A DNA stretch of 64,000 nucleotides from OCS116 cluster bacterium AG-435-F03. GTDB taxonomy: Bacteria; Pseudomonadota; Alphaproteobacteria; MED-G09. A program made the translations under genes and the position numbers. Positions within the stretch are counted from its first letter, which is position 1. Every line of letters starts with the position of its first letter. The notes beneath the pieces were generated by a model. That model ran no database searches. It was not told where the DNA came from and saw nothing but the letters and a program-made list of their open reading frames with translations. Below, in pieces: positions 1 through 9,860 of the stretch. The stretch lies in NCBI GenBank assembly GCA_003212795.1, contig QCOV01000004.1, positions 11,762 through 75,761 of the forward strand, read 5' to 3'.

Positions 1-585
1 AAAGGTAATTGTTTAGGACTACATGTTAACATGCCTTTTGCTCCACCAACTAAGGAGGCTATGGAAAATCCAAGTGAAAGAGATAAAATTGCATTTGAAG
101 GCTTAAATTATTATCAAGAATGGGGTTCTGGTTATTCAAAACAACAAAGTACAAGACCACAAACTTTAGGATATAGCCTTGTAGACTCCCCAATTGGTCA
201 AGCGGCTTGGATAATAGAAAAATTCTATGAATGGACTGATTGTGATGGCCATCCAGAAAACATTCTTACAAAAGAAGAGTTAATCGATAATATTATGTTT
301 TACTGGTTAACAAAAAGTGGAGCGTCCTCAGCACGTCTTTATTGGGAGAGCTTTGGATCATTTGGAGGAAATCCTAACGAAAAGCTTACACTACCGATTG
401 GTTGTAGTATTTTTCCAAAAGAAATTTCTCGTACTCCAAAAGCTTGGGCAGAACAAGTCTACTCAAATATTGTTTATTGGAATGAATTAGAAAAAGGCGG
501 TCATTTTGCAGCATTTGAACAACCTGAAATTTTTATAAATGAAATTAGAAATTGTTTCCGAACAATGCGTGACAATTTATCTTAA
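1..585 (+). CDS. Epoxide hydrolase-like alpha/beta hydrolase, C-terminal fragment (5' end truncated by the window edge)
   Basis: The reading frame is open from nt 1. The C-terminus has the epoxide-hydrolase-like catalytic region with 'GGHFAAFEQPE'. It is about 190 aa where a full protein would be about 380 aa. Confidence 0.55.
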   Translation, partial: KGNCLGLHVNMPFAPPTKEAMENPSERDKIAFEGLNYYQEWGSGYSKQQSTRPQTLGYSLVDSPIGQAAWIIEKFYEWTDCDGHPENILTKEELIDNIMFYWLTKSGASSARLYWESFGSFGGNPNEKLTLPIGCSIFPKEISRTPKAWAEQVYSNIVYWNELEKGGHFAAFEQPEIFINEIRNCFRTMRDNLS

Positions 586-644
586 TATTAACATTGCAGT
601 TTCTACAATAAGACTTATTTTCGTTGCATTGTAGGGAGAATTAA

Positions 645-1733
645 ATGGTTAGGTTATTACTTTTATTATCAATTCTATTGTTTTCAATCAATATATCGGC
701 AATGTCGACTGCTATTGGACATGGCCCAATAGGCTTAATGGCTGATCATTTCCATAAAAAAGGAGAGTGGATGATATCTCTTAGGGTATCGAATATGGAA
801 ATGAAAAAAAATACTTTGGATGGCAAAAATATTTCAGATATTGAAGTTTTAAATCAGCCTAATCCTTCTTTCAAAATGTCTTCTATGAACGACATGCCTA
901 TGATGGAAATGTCATCAATGAAAATGCCTAAAAATCTAAGTGTAATTCCAAGAAAAATGACTATGAGAATGATTATGCTTGGGGCGATGTATGCGCCATC
1001 TGACAAAATAACTCTAATGGGCATGGCAATGTTCAATGACAAGGAAATGGAATTGGATACATATAGAGTAATGATGAATAGAAACTATTTAGGATCATTC
1101 GAAACCTCATCATCAGATTTATCAAAAATATCATTATCAGCATTATTTAATCTTCATGAAAATGAAAGCTCAAGATGGCATTTAATAGGTGGATTAGAGA
1201 AAAGCATTGGTGAAAATACAAAAAAAGGAATGGTTTTAACGCCAATGAACACAAATACCTCAATTACTTTGCCATACGGTATGCAGCCAAGTGATAAAGC
1301 TTTAAGATTATTAACTGGAGTTACAAATGTTACTAAAATAAATAATTTTGTTTTAGGTAACCAAATTTTATTTAGAAAAAGCATTGAAGAAGAAGACTGG
1401 AATTTTGGCGATGAATTTGAATATAACCTTTGGTTTCAAGGTTCATTTAATGACAATATTTCATATTCATTAAGGTTAAATTATTTAGATACTGATTCAA
1501 TAAGCGGTAAAAATGAAAATATAATGGCCCCTGTTCAAACAGCAAATCCAAGAAATTATGGTGGTGAAATCTTAAACATCGGAATAGGTTTTAATTTCAT
1601 AACAAATTTTTTACCTGGAAAACACTCTGATAGGTTAGCAATCGAGTATATTATACCCATTGACCAAGATAAAAGTGGTTTACAAATGAAGAATGAAGCT
1701 AAATTTATAATAGGTTTTCAAAAATCGTTATAA
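645..1733 (+). CDS. Secreted Met-rich protein, possible outer-membrane beta-barrel (copper-handling candidate)
   Basis: N-terminal signal peptide (MVRLLLLLSILLFSINISA) with an RBS 'AGGGAGAA' upstream. A Met-rich stretch 'MSSMNDMPMMEMSSMKMPKN...MTMRMIMLGAMY' resembles MxM/MxxM Cu(I) motifs. The C-terminal region alternates hydrophobic and polar residues. Confidence 0.4.
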   Translation: MVRLLLLLSILLFSINISAMSTAIGHGPIGLMADHFHKKGEWMISLRVSNMEMKKNTLDGKNISDIEVLNQPNPSFKMSSMNDMPMMEMSSMKMPKNLSVIPRKMTMRMIMLGAMYAPSDKITLMGMAMFNDKEMELDTYRVMMNRNYLGSFETSSSDLSKISLSALFNLHENESSRWHLIGGLEKSIGENTKKGMVLTPMNTNTSITLPYGMQPSDKALRLLTGVTNVTKINNFVLGNQILFRKSIEEEDWNFGDEFEYNLWFQGSFNDNISYSLRLNYLDTDSISGKNENIMAPVQTANPRNYGGEILNIGIGFNFITNFLPGKHSDRLAIEYIIPIDQDKSGLQMKNEAKFIIGFQKSL

Positions 1734-1735
1734 AA

Positions 1736-2068
1736 TTAAATTTTTATTAAAAAATTTAGAATTGTTACAGAAATCACTGTTACTAAAATACTTATTAAAA
1801 AAGCTATATAAAAACCAAATTTTGAGATGACAAAAGGAAAAACTATAAACATTGGTATAGTTGGAACAATATAAAGCAATGTGTAAGACATATGTGATGA
1901 AATTTTTTCATCAGAATTTCCTTCATAATACATCCATAAAATAACAAGCAATGTCATTATAGGCATTGCCGCTATTAAGCCGCCTAGCTTATCATTAACT
2001 TTGGCAATTTCACTAATAAGAACTATAAGACCGGCAGTAACTATTATTTTAATTAGTAAAAAAATCAT
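1736..2068 (-). CDS. Small integral membrane protein (DUF3147-like)
   Basis: 110 aa, three to four predicted TM helices, packed directly against neighbouring genes. Confidence 0.35.
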   Translation of the reverse strand: MIFLLIKIIVTAGLIVLISEIAKVNDKLGGLIAAMPIMTLLVILWMYYEGNSDEKISSHMSYTLLYIVPTIPMFIVFPFVISKFGFYIAFLISILVTVISVTILNFLIKI

Positions 2069-2070
2069 GT

Positions 2071-3132
2071 TTAATTTATTTTTGTGATTTCAATCTTTTC
2101 AGAATTAGGTGGTAAAATTACCAATGTTCCATCATCAGATAATGTCCATTCCTTTCTTATATCATTCACACCTCTAACAAACATTCTCTCCATCAATGTA
2201 TTTCTTGGTGCAGGAGTAAGATGATAAAAAACCAAATGCTTCACATTTGCCTGATTTGCAATTTCAGCGGCCTCAACAGGCGTTGTATGATAAGTCACTA
2301 TATCAGCCATAATTTTTGCAGCTAAATTATTTCCAATTTTTTTATTCTCATTTTCCAAAATTTTAACAATGTGGTTAGCTTGTGCCTCATGAAATAAAAC
2401 ATCAGCATTTATAGAATTCTTAATTGTATTTTCAGTAGATATTGTATCCCCACTTATTACAATAGACCTTCCTTTATAATCAAAGCGAAAACCTAAAGCT
2501 GGTTCAATAGGATCATGGATTACCTTAAAAGCAGTTACTTTCAAACCATTATCATCAATTATAATAGGATTTGATAAATCAATGGTAAAAGTCTCGTATC
2601 CAGCCAAATTAATGGGAGCGACCTTATCACCGTGATGCTCATTTCTAAATTGGTAATCTAATGTATATGCGTCTTCAAAACCATTAACAACATCTTCAAC
2701 TCCCTCAGGTCCGTAGACTTTTAATTTTTCAGTTTTAGTAGGATTATTAACCCATGTGTTTAAGTGTAAATCAGCAAGATCAGATATATGATCAGAATGA
2801 AGATGCGTAAAAAGAACGGCCTTAACCGGAGTTAGATCTATTCTCCAATTTCTCAAATTATTAATACTGCCATCACCAATATCAACTACATACAAGTTTT
2901 GACCCGCCTTAATGATAATGCAAGTTTCAGCTCTTCCAGGAGAAGGTAAGGGAGATCTGCTGCCACAAACTAAAGCGCTAAGTCCATCATCTGGTAAAGA
3001 AACAGGATTTGAAAGGACATTTTTTATAACATTTGTTACCACTCTATCCTGAATTGCAGGAACTCTAGATAAAACGAATAAGCTAATTACAAAGATAACT
3101 AATATAAGAATTATATATTTAACTATTTTCAA
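2071..3132 (-). CDS. MBL-fold metallo-hydrolase with N-terminal membrane anchor or signal
   Basis: Metallo-beta-lactamase fold motif 'FTHLHSDHISDL' (HxHxDH); N-terminal hydrophobic segment. Confidence 0.6.
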   Translation of the reverse strand: MKIVKYIILILVIFVISLFVLSRVPAIQDRVVTNVIKNVLSNPVSLPDDGLSALVCGSRSPLPSPGRAETCIIIKAGQNLYVVDIGDGSINNLRNWRIDLTPVKAVLFTHLHSDHISDLADLHLNTWVNNPTKTEKLKVYGPEGVEDVVNGFEDAYTLDYQFRNEHHGDKVAPINLAGYETFTIDLSNPIIIDDNGLKVTAFKVIHDPIEPALGFRFDYKGRSIVISGDTISTENTIKNSINADVLFHEAQANHIVKILENENKKIGNNLAAKIMADIVTYHTTPVEAAEIANQANVKHLVFYHLTPAPRNTLMERMFVRGVNDIRKEWTLSDDGTLVILPPNSEKIEITKIN

Positions 3133-3605
3133 TTTGCTCTCCTTAAAGATAAAACAAAGAATATTAATAATAAGATCAGAATGTATGGAGCCATATAAAA
3201 ACCAGGCGTACCTGCTGTATTATAATCGTTAATCACATCACCACCTCTTCCAAAAAATGGGTAATAAATAACTCTTACTCCCCACTCAAAAATCCAAAAT
3301 AAATACATTAATGGTATAAATGAACGATATTTAATAATTGCTATCCAGCATGCAAAACAGAAAATCAATTGGGCAAATCCCCAAATAGAGAAAAAACGAT
3401 AAATTAATGGCATTGGATCAGGGTCACCGTTCAAAACAACAATATTTGCAATATCATGCATTCCAAAAGGTTCAAAAAACATATGTATTACTGAGCGCCA
3501 AGTCATAAGAGCAAGAAATATTATAAATGCCCACAGGGCTATTCGATTTCCTGAATAGTTATTGTTCACATTTTCAGGAAATATCTTATTAAGAAAATTT
3601 ACCAA
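3129..3605 (-). CDS. Hypothetical integral membrane protein
   Basis: 158 aa, multiple hydrophobic helices; 4-nt overlap with the downstream gene. Confidence 0.35.
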   Translation of the reverse strand: MVNFLNKIFPENVNNNYSGNRIALWAFIIFLALMTWRSVIHMFFEPFGMHDIANIVVLNGDPDPMPLIYRFFSIWGFAQLIFCFACWIAIIKYRSFIPLMYLFWIFEWGVRVIYYPFFGRGGDVINDYNTAGTPGFYMAPYILILLLIFFVLSLRRAN

Positions 3606-4183
3606 TCAAATTCTCCTGTTTTAGTTTCAATATTAAGTTGTCCTTTTAAGCCTGCGGCACGGTGTTTTTCACTTTCTTGGTAATCCGTATCCATAATCAT
3701 TTCCATCATAGCTTTTCGACTGGGGTATTTAGCAATTGCAATTACGTCCCAAAGCTCACCTACTTCGCCCAACATCATTCGTTCAACTTTTCCCGAAAAA
3801 ATTAGTTCCGCATCAACTTTTTTAAGATGCTCTTGTACTTCTTGCCCATAAATTGAGTAAGCCTCTTCACCGGTTAAGTTAGTTTCCCTACCATCTTCAT
3901 ATTCTGCTTTATCTTTAAATTTCAGTAAATTAACCATATATATAGGTGTATCAATATCACCTTCCATAAACCCTTTCATTTGTTCATCATTTGGTACTAA
4001 TGCATTTTTTACTTCCATAATCTCATCTCCATTAATTTCTTTTACAGATAATTCCGACTTTTCTCCAGACCCTCGTGCTTCAATGATAAGAGGATATATT
4101 TCAAAAATAATATTTGCTCGGTAATGCCAAACAACGCTTCCCAAAATTATACAAATAAAAATAATGATTACAAAATTCTTCAT
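3599..4183 (-). CDS. DUF1330-like protein with N-terminal TM segment
   Basis: 'MVNLLKFKD...AYSIYG...WDVIAIAKYPSRKAMMEM' resembles the DUF1330 fold; N-terminal hydrophobic helix. Confidence 0.4.
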   Translation of the reverse strand: MKNFVIIIFICIILGSVVWHYRANIIFEIYPLIIEARGSGEKSELSVKEINGDEIMEVKNALVPNDEQMKGFMEGDIDTPIYMVNLLKFKDKAEYEDGRETNLTGEEAYSIYGQEVQEHLKKVDAELIFSGKVERMMLGEVGELWDVIAIAKYPSRKAMMEMIMDTDYQESEKHRAAGLKGQLNIETKTGEFDW

Positions 4184-5248
4184 TTATTCTTCCTTTATAA
4201 AATCTACAAGAATCTCTGAAAGCTTTTGAGATCTTGTCCATTGAAAAAAATGACCTCCTCCTATATGGGGTGCACTTTTTGCATTTGGACACATATTTAA
4301 AACATCTTGCTCTATTCCATTTGTTACAGGATCATCGCCAGCAAAAACACTGAGAAATGGTTTATCCCATTTCCTAAAAAATTCCCTTGCCTTCCTTTGT
4401 TCATCAAGAGATTGATCAGGAATTATAGGCACTTGACTTGGCATTGCTCTAGGGCCCATTTTGTAACTTGGGTCTGGAAACGGTGCCTCATATGCTTTTG
4501 CTATATATGACTTAAAAGGAGAAGCGTTATATTTTCCTAATAATATAAATATATAATTTAAAAATGTTGAAACTAGTGATCTCTTTTCCATTTGCATAGA
4601 TTGAATGAAACCAATGGGAAGATCCTCTGTATCCCAACAAAATTTCTGCCAATACATAAATTTTAATCCAGGATGGGTTTTACCATTATCCATTTCTCTC
4701 ACTTTTTTAGCCATAGATAATGGATGCAGTTTAATATCGCTCTCTCTAAAGGTTTTTATTTCTTCAACAACTTCTTCTGGTGCATCAGGATTATAGGGAA
4801 GTCCGGTATTGCCCATTGAAACCTTTGAAAACCTATATGGTTCCCTCGCAACTACTCTTAACCCAATTAACCCACCCCAATCCTGTCCAAAGAAAGTTAT
4901 ATCTTGAAAGTCATTAGCATTTAACCAGTCAACCATCCAATCGACTTGATTTTGGTAACTGTAATCAGATCTTGAAGCAGGTTTATCAGACTTTCCATAA
5001 CCCGGTAAATCAGGCGCGATAACTCTTATTCCAGCTTTTGTTAAGAAAGGTATCATTCTTGAGTAGAGATAACACCAAACTGGTTGACCATGCATTGCCA
5101 ACAGTATAGGTCCATCTTTAGGCCCTTCATCTATGTGATGTATTCTTAATTCACTTCCATCTTTAGTCTTTATATTCGTATAACATGGCTCATAAGGAAA
5201 ATCGGTTATTACATCAAAACTTTTGTCAGGCGTTCTCAATATTTTCAT
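4184..5248 (-). CDS. Alpha/beta hydrolase, haloalkane dehalogenase-like or epoxide hydrolase-like
   Basis: 'HGQPVWCYLY...DLPGYGKSDKP' and nucleophile elbow 'FFGQDWGGLIG' (cf. dehalogenase 'HGNP...DWG'). Confidence 0.55.
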   Translation of the reverse strand: MKILRTPDKSFDVITDFPYEPCYTNIKTKDGSELRIHHIDEGPKDGPILLAMHGQPVWCYLYSRMIPFLTKAGIRVIAPDLPGYGKSDKPASRSDYSYQNQVDWMVDWLNANDFQDITFFGQDWGGLIGLRVVAREPYRFSKVSMGNTGLPYNPDAPEEVVEEIKTFRESDIKLHPLSMAKKVREMDNGKTHPGLKFMYWQKFCWDTEDLPIGFIQSMQMEKRSLVSTFLNYIFILLGKYNASPFKSYIAKAYEAPFPDPSYKMGPRAMPSQVPIIPDQSLDEQRKAREFFRKWDKPFLSVFAGDDPVTNGIEQDVLNMCPNAKSAPHIGGGHFFQWTRSQKLSEILVDFIKEE

Positions 5249-5250
5249 AT

Positions 5251-6294
5251 TTACTCCTTACCTATCAGTAATTTTTCACAACCCGTTTCTTTTAAAAAAT
5301 TAAAAACCTTTGTCTTGTCATCTTGGTCAAGCTCATTAAATTCATCTCTAATCCATTCTAAGCACTTAGCTTGATAGGGAAATGTTTTTTGCTCCCACAT
5401 TTGGTCATCAATTTTTGTTGACCAAGTTTCTTTGCCCTCTTTAAAAGCTATTGAATTTGCAATCATTGCAGGTACATATCCATGACTCAATTCCTCAAAA
5501 ATGGAGAAGGTTGTGTCTGGAAAATCTTTAATTGATAAAAGATGACTTGAGTCTACATTAAAACCTGATAAATCCTCCATAATATCAACCCAAGCAACAG
5601 ATCTAGGTGATAACTCTAGAGCTATTTCTCTTGATGTTGGATCAAAGCCAATGAGTTGGGTCATTTGTCCATAAAAAGCAAAATCTGATGACAAAGGCTT
5701 ATTGCCCAATAAAAAGGGGGTAGTTTCAAAATGATTTTCTAATAATGCTAGAAATCTTTTATAACTTCTTTCAATAATATCTGCAGTTTTTTCATTGGAA
5801 CCAACAACCCATAATCTACTTATCTGCAAATCAGTAATATATTTTTTAAAATCTTTATGTACTTTTTCTTCTAAGTTTACTGAGTGAAGAAGAGGCAATA
5901 TATTGCCAGCATTATCAATATCCCTTTGAAAATGCCACCGATAATGGAACATGTATTTAGTTACCCATTCATCGCCAAAATCTTCAAGAATTGAGTTTAA
6001 TAAGGCAAGAGATTTATTTTTCGGAATAATACCTCTGTCAGAATTACTAACCTCAAGTTTTCTTATTATGGGTGTTGTATCGCAAATAGCTGTAACTTCA
6101 CTGCCATTATGTAATAAAACTACTGGTAAAAGTGTGGGTTTGGGAGTTTCCAAGCCCATCGAATTTAATATTTCTTTGGCATTACCCCAAATTACGGAAT
6201 GTTGAATATTCCTATACCTTAAAGCTGATAGCATTTTCCTAGTGTAGGGTGATGCTGGTAAGCCAATTATCGTTATTTTGTTTTTATTTTCCAA
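5251..6294 (-). CDS. Glutathione S-transferase family protein (thioredoxin-like N-domain with a long C-terminal domain)
   Basis: N-terminus 'ITIIGLPASPYTRKMLSALRYRNIQH' is typical of the GST N-terminal fold; 347 aa. Confidence 0.45.
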   Translation of the reverse strand: MENKNKITIIGLPASPYTRKMLSALRYRNIQHSVIWGNAKEILNSMGLETPKPTLLPVVLLHNGSEVTAICDTTPIIRKLEVSNSDRGIIPKNKSLALLNSILEDFGDEWVTKYMFHYRWHFQRDIDNAGNILPLLHSVNLEEKVHKDFKKYITDLQISRLWVVGSNEKTADIIERSYKRFLALLENHFETTPFLLGNKPLSSDFAFYGQMTQLIGFDPTSREIALELSPRSVAWVDIMEDLSGFNVDSSHLLSIKDFPDTTFSIFEELSHGYVPAMIANSIAFKEGKETWSTKIDDQMWEQKTFPYQAKCLEWIRDEFNELDQDDKTKVFNFLKETGCEKLLIGKE

Positions 6295-6339
6295 TAATAT
6301 ATACTCCTATCTATAATAAAAAATAACAAGTAATAAAGG

Positions 6340-7461
6340 TTGGATATGAGTCTCATCAAAGAAGAGTTACAAACATCAAAAAAAAATTTAACACAAAGAA
6401 GAATTGTTACAAATGATATTGATTTGGATGATTTAAAAAATGGAGAAATAATAGTTCAAATTGAAAATTTTGCTTTCACATCTAACAATGTTACATACGG
6501 TGTTGCAGGTGAAATGATGGGTTATTGGCAATTTTTTCCAACTATGAATGATCCTGAGAACATATGGGGATGCATACCAATGTGGGGTTTTGCTGAAATA
6601 AAGTACTCAAATAATAAAGAATTAGAAGTTGGAGAAAGACTTTTTGGTTATTTTCCGGCATCTAATATTTTGACTTTGAAACCGATAAAAATTTCACAAA
6701 AAACTTTTATAGATGGTGAGGAACATCGAAAAGAATTACCTCCAGTTTACAATAATTACATAAGATTAAACAATGAAGATAATTATAATAAGAATAATGA
6801 CAATATAAGGGCTCTTTTATTTCCACTTCATATAACGTCTTTTTGTTTATGTGATTATCTTCAAAATGAAAATTATTTAGGGGCTGAACAGGTGATCATA
6901 GTAAGCGCATCTAGTAAAACAGCTATTGGTCTTGCTCAAGGTTTGCAAAGTGAAGAGAAAAAACCTGAAATTATTGGGTTAACTTCAAAAAGAAATTCTG
7001 AATTTGTAAAAAGCTTAAATTCATATGATCAGATTTATTCTTATGATGACCTTGGTGATATAAATATTAATAATTCTAGTGTAATGGTCGATATGGCTGG
7101 TAATAGAGAAATACTAGGAAAACTTCATAGCTCACTTGGAAATCACATGCTTAAGTGTATTACAGTTGGTATGACACATTGGGATAATGAAACAACAGCT
7201 GATGATGCAATGGGTCAACTCATGAATAGAGATAGAACTGAGTTCTTTTTTGCTCCAGATCATATCCAAAAAAGAATAAGTGACTGGGGAACAGATGGTT
7301 ACAATAAAAAAACAACATCTTTTATGGATGCTAGAGCCGAACAAAGCAAAAATTGGATGAACATTAAAGAAGTTTCAGGATTAAATAATTTTTTAGATAC
7401 TTATGATGAAGTTATTCAAGGTGATATAAATCCAAATGAAGGAATAATTGTTAATATCTAA
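6340..7461 (+). CDS. Hypothetical protein (possible Rossmann-like domain)
   Basis: 373 aa ORF with a good coding look; 'VIIVSASSKTAIGLAQGL' is nucleotide-binding-like. No firm family assignment. Confidence 0.4.
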   Translation: MDMSLIKEELQTSKKNLTQRRIVTNDIDLDDLKNGEIIVQIENFAFTSNNVTYGVAGEMMGYWQFFPTMNDPENIWGCIPMWGFAEIKYSNNKELEVGERLFGYFPASNILTLKPIKISQKTFIDGEEHRKELPPVYNNYIRLNNEDNYNKNNDNIRALLFPLHITSFCLCDYLQNENYLGAEQVIIVSASSKTAIGLAQGLQSEEKKPEIIGLTSKRNSEFVKSLNSYDQIYSYDDLGDININNSSVMVDMAGNREILGKLHSSLGNHMLKCITVGMTHWDNETTADDAMGQLMNRDRTEFFFAPDHIQKRISDWGTDGYNKKTTSFMDARAEQSKNWMNIKEVSGLNNFLDTYDEVIQGDINPNEGIIVNI

Positions 7462-7493
7462 TTAAATAAATTCTTAAATCAGAGAATTATAGA

Positions 7494-8192
7494 CTACCAA
7501 GGATGAATATCGCCATTCCATTTATAAAAATTGCCAGAATCTTCTTTTGTTAGTCCGCTAATCACATTCCTAATACCAGACGCACTTTCTTCTGCTGTTA
7601 TTTCTGCACCTGGTCCACCCATATCCGTTTGAACCCATCCTGGATGCATGATTGACACAGTTATTGGATCTTCAGCCCAATCAAGAGATAATATTTTACC
7701 GACTTTACCAACTGCAGCTTTAGTGGTTGAATAAATATACATTCCACCCATTGGCCATGTAGAAGCGCCTAACTGACTGGAGAGTATCATTAGGTTTCCA
7801 TTACCCGAAGCAACTAAATTGCTTTTAAATGCTTTCGCAACCAAAAGTGGGCCAATTGTGTTTGTATCAAGAGTTTTATGCCATTGATCTATATCTATAT
7901 TATCAAGTGATTGTTGTTCCATTGGATCTCCTCCAACATCGCCTGCAACTATTATCACGGTATCTATAACGCTATCTCCTATATTAGTTGCAGCAGCGTC
8001 AATCGATGAGGGATCTGCAATATCAAGCTGTTCGATAGAAATATTTTCTGATCCTGAAGCAAGTTCGTCAAGCAAAGAGGCATTGGCTTTATCTCTAGCG
8101 CAAGCAATTACAGAATTTCCGTCATCGGAATACTGCTTTGTTAATTCAAGCCCAATTCCTCTAGTAGCACCAACAATTAATATATTTGACAT
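7494..8192 (-). CDS. Short-chain dehydrogenase/reductase (SDR)
   Basis: N-terminal 'ILIVGATRGIGLELTKQ' Rossmann motif; SDR length. Confidence 0.65.
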   Translation of the reverse strand: MSNILIVGATRGIGLELTKQYSDDGNSVIACARDKANASLLDELASGSENISIEQLDIADPSSIDAAATNIGDSVIDTVIIVAGDVGGDPMEQQSLDNIDIDQWHKTLDTNTIGPLLVAKAFKSNLVASGNGNLMILSSQLGASTWPMGGMYIYSTTKAAVGKVGKILSLDWAEDPITVSIMHPGWVQTDMGGPGAEITAEESASGIRNVISGLTKEDSGNFYKWNGDIHPW

Positions 8193-8261
8193 ATGTATCT
8201 CCCTTAATCCTAAATAATGACATCAATATTACAGAATGTATTTAAATACTCAACAACAACT

Positions 8262-8852
8262 TTATTTCCTTGGCTCTCTTATCATAGGGTGAGCGGGGGG
8301 AGAGTCACCAATTTGAACTTTACCCATACTTTCAAAACCATGCCTTTCATAAAGCGACATATTTCGCGGATTAGAAGATTCTAAATATGCTCTCTCTCCT
8401 CTTTCATCAATCGTTTTGAGGGCTTCTTTTAATATAAAGGAACCAACACCAAGACCTTGTTTTGATGGATCGACGCCAATAAAAGCTAAATACCAAGCAT
8501 CATCGGGATGATAATTTGAGAATTCCTCAAAAAACTGACTTACAAATTCAATTCTCTCCTCTGTCATCCATTCTAGTGTTGGATATAAACATGTTTCATC
8601 AAATTCAAAACCAGGTGGATGCCATATTGAAGCCCCATAAAAATTTTCTTCGGCAAATACTACATCATTAGAAAAAGATATTTTTGAAAATTCTTCCATC
8701 CATGTATCAAAATTTACTAAATAAATATTTGGATCAGGAAACACCCATCTTATTAAAGGATCAGATGAGAAGCCAAGTTTTAAAACGCCTTTTATTTTAT
8801 CTTTTTGTTGTTTTTGTGCCCTTATAATTTTTGGTAAATTATTCTCTTCCAT
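8262..8852 (-). CDS. GNAT family N-acetyltransferase
   Basis: Acetyl-CoA binding motif A 'QGLGVGSFILKEAL'. Confidence 0.5.
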   Translation of the reverse strand: MEENNLPKIIRAQKQQKDKIKGVLKLGFSSDPLIRWVFPDPNIYLVNFDTWMEEFSKISFSNDVVFAEENFYGASIWHPPGFEFDETCLYPTLEWMTEERIEFVSQFFEEFSNYHPDDAWYLAFIGVDPSKQGLGVGSFILKEALKTIDERGERAYLESSNPRNMSLYERHGFESMGKVQIGDSPPAHPMIREPRK

Positions 8853-8860
8853 AGCTTCCC

Positions 8861-9796
8861 TTACATTCGTTTAAAATTAAATTCATTATCCCTATACAAT
8901 ACTATATCAGCAAATTTTGGTATTTCTTCCAAAACATATCTTGTTAACCTTTCATAATGCATAACAAAATGAATAACCTCTTCTTTTGTCATAATTTTCT
9001 TTTTCATTTCTGGATCAGTAAGATTTTTTTCAAGAGTTTTTTCTTGTATCCATCTACTTTCAAAAATATGTTCCATGCTTGGCACCTTAATCATGAGCAA
9101 TATATCAAAACTGTTAAACAATTCCTGATAATCTCCCGATAATTCTCTATTATACCACTTTGACCAAACTCCATCTGGATCTTGTTTTTCTTCTAGCTCG
9201 TTTAAAGGTGGTGACCAATTTTTTTCAGAAATTGGCTTAGCTCCGCAAAACCATCCATCAAAAAAAATAAAATCTGGTTTTCCTTTGTATTGCACCCATT
9301 CACTCTCTGGTAAATGCTTATCTAATGGCTTAGAAAATACAGGAATTGATGTAATCATTTCATTTGTGGCAAAATTTAAGGAATCTATTGTCTTTAAACC
9401 AAGGTCAACATCATGAGTACCAGGTACACCCCTAACTTTACACATAGTATGAATTTTTTTTCCAAGTAATTCTCTATCATTTTGAGATTTGTATATGTCA
9501 TCAATTGAGAAGCCTGTAGTTCTTTTTTTAAATCCTTTTTTTAAGGCCAACTGAACAAAGTCAGATAATGTTGTTTTACCTGAACCTTGCCCGCCTGTAA
9601 GGCCTATCAATAAAGGTTTTGCAGTCTTTTCTAACGAATTTAGATATACAGCTATAGGAATTACTATTTCTTTGAAAAATTTTTGATCAATATTTTTAAT
9701 TTTAATACTATCAGAATAGGAAAATAAATCCTTTTTAACTTTTTCAAAAAGAATTAGGCAATTTTCATCATTTGAATCTGGTAGTTTTACAGCCAT
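8861..9796 (-). CDS. P-loop kinase, D-glycerate 3-kinase (plant GLYK)-like
   Basis: Walker A 'GLTGGQGSGKTTL', then 'SIDDIY', 'GVPGTHD' and 'FFDGWFCGAKP', resembling GLYK-family kinases. Confidence 0.45.
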   Translation of the reverse strand: MAVKLPDSNDENCLILFEKVKKDLFSYSDSIKIKNIDQKFFKEIVIPIAVYLNSLEKTAKPLLIGLTGGQGSGKTTLSDFVQLALKKGFKKRTTGFSIDDIYKSQNDRELLGKKIHTMCKVRGVPGTHDVDLGLKTIDSLNFATNEMITSIPVFSKPLDKHLPESEWVQYKGKPDFIFFDGWFCGAKPISEKNWSPPLNELEEKQDPDGVWSKWYNRELSGDYQELFNSFDILLMIKVPSMEHIFESRWIQEKTLEKNLTDPEMKKKIMTKEEVIHFVMHYERLTRYVLEEIPKFADIVLYRDNEFNFKRM

Positions 9797-9860
9797 AATA
9801 TTTCCCTTTGTTTACAATTTAACAAATATTATATAAAAAATGGAAAATTAAAAAAAAATC

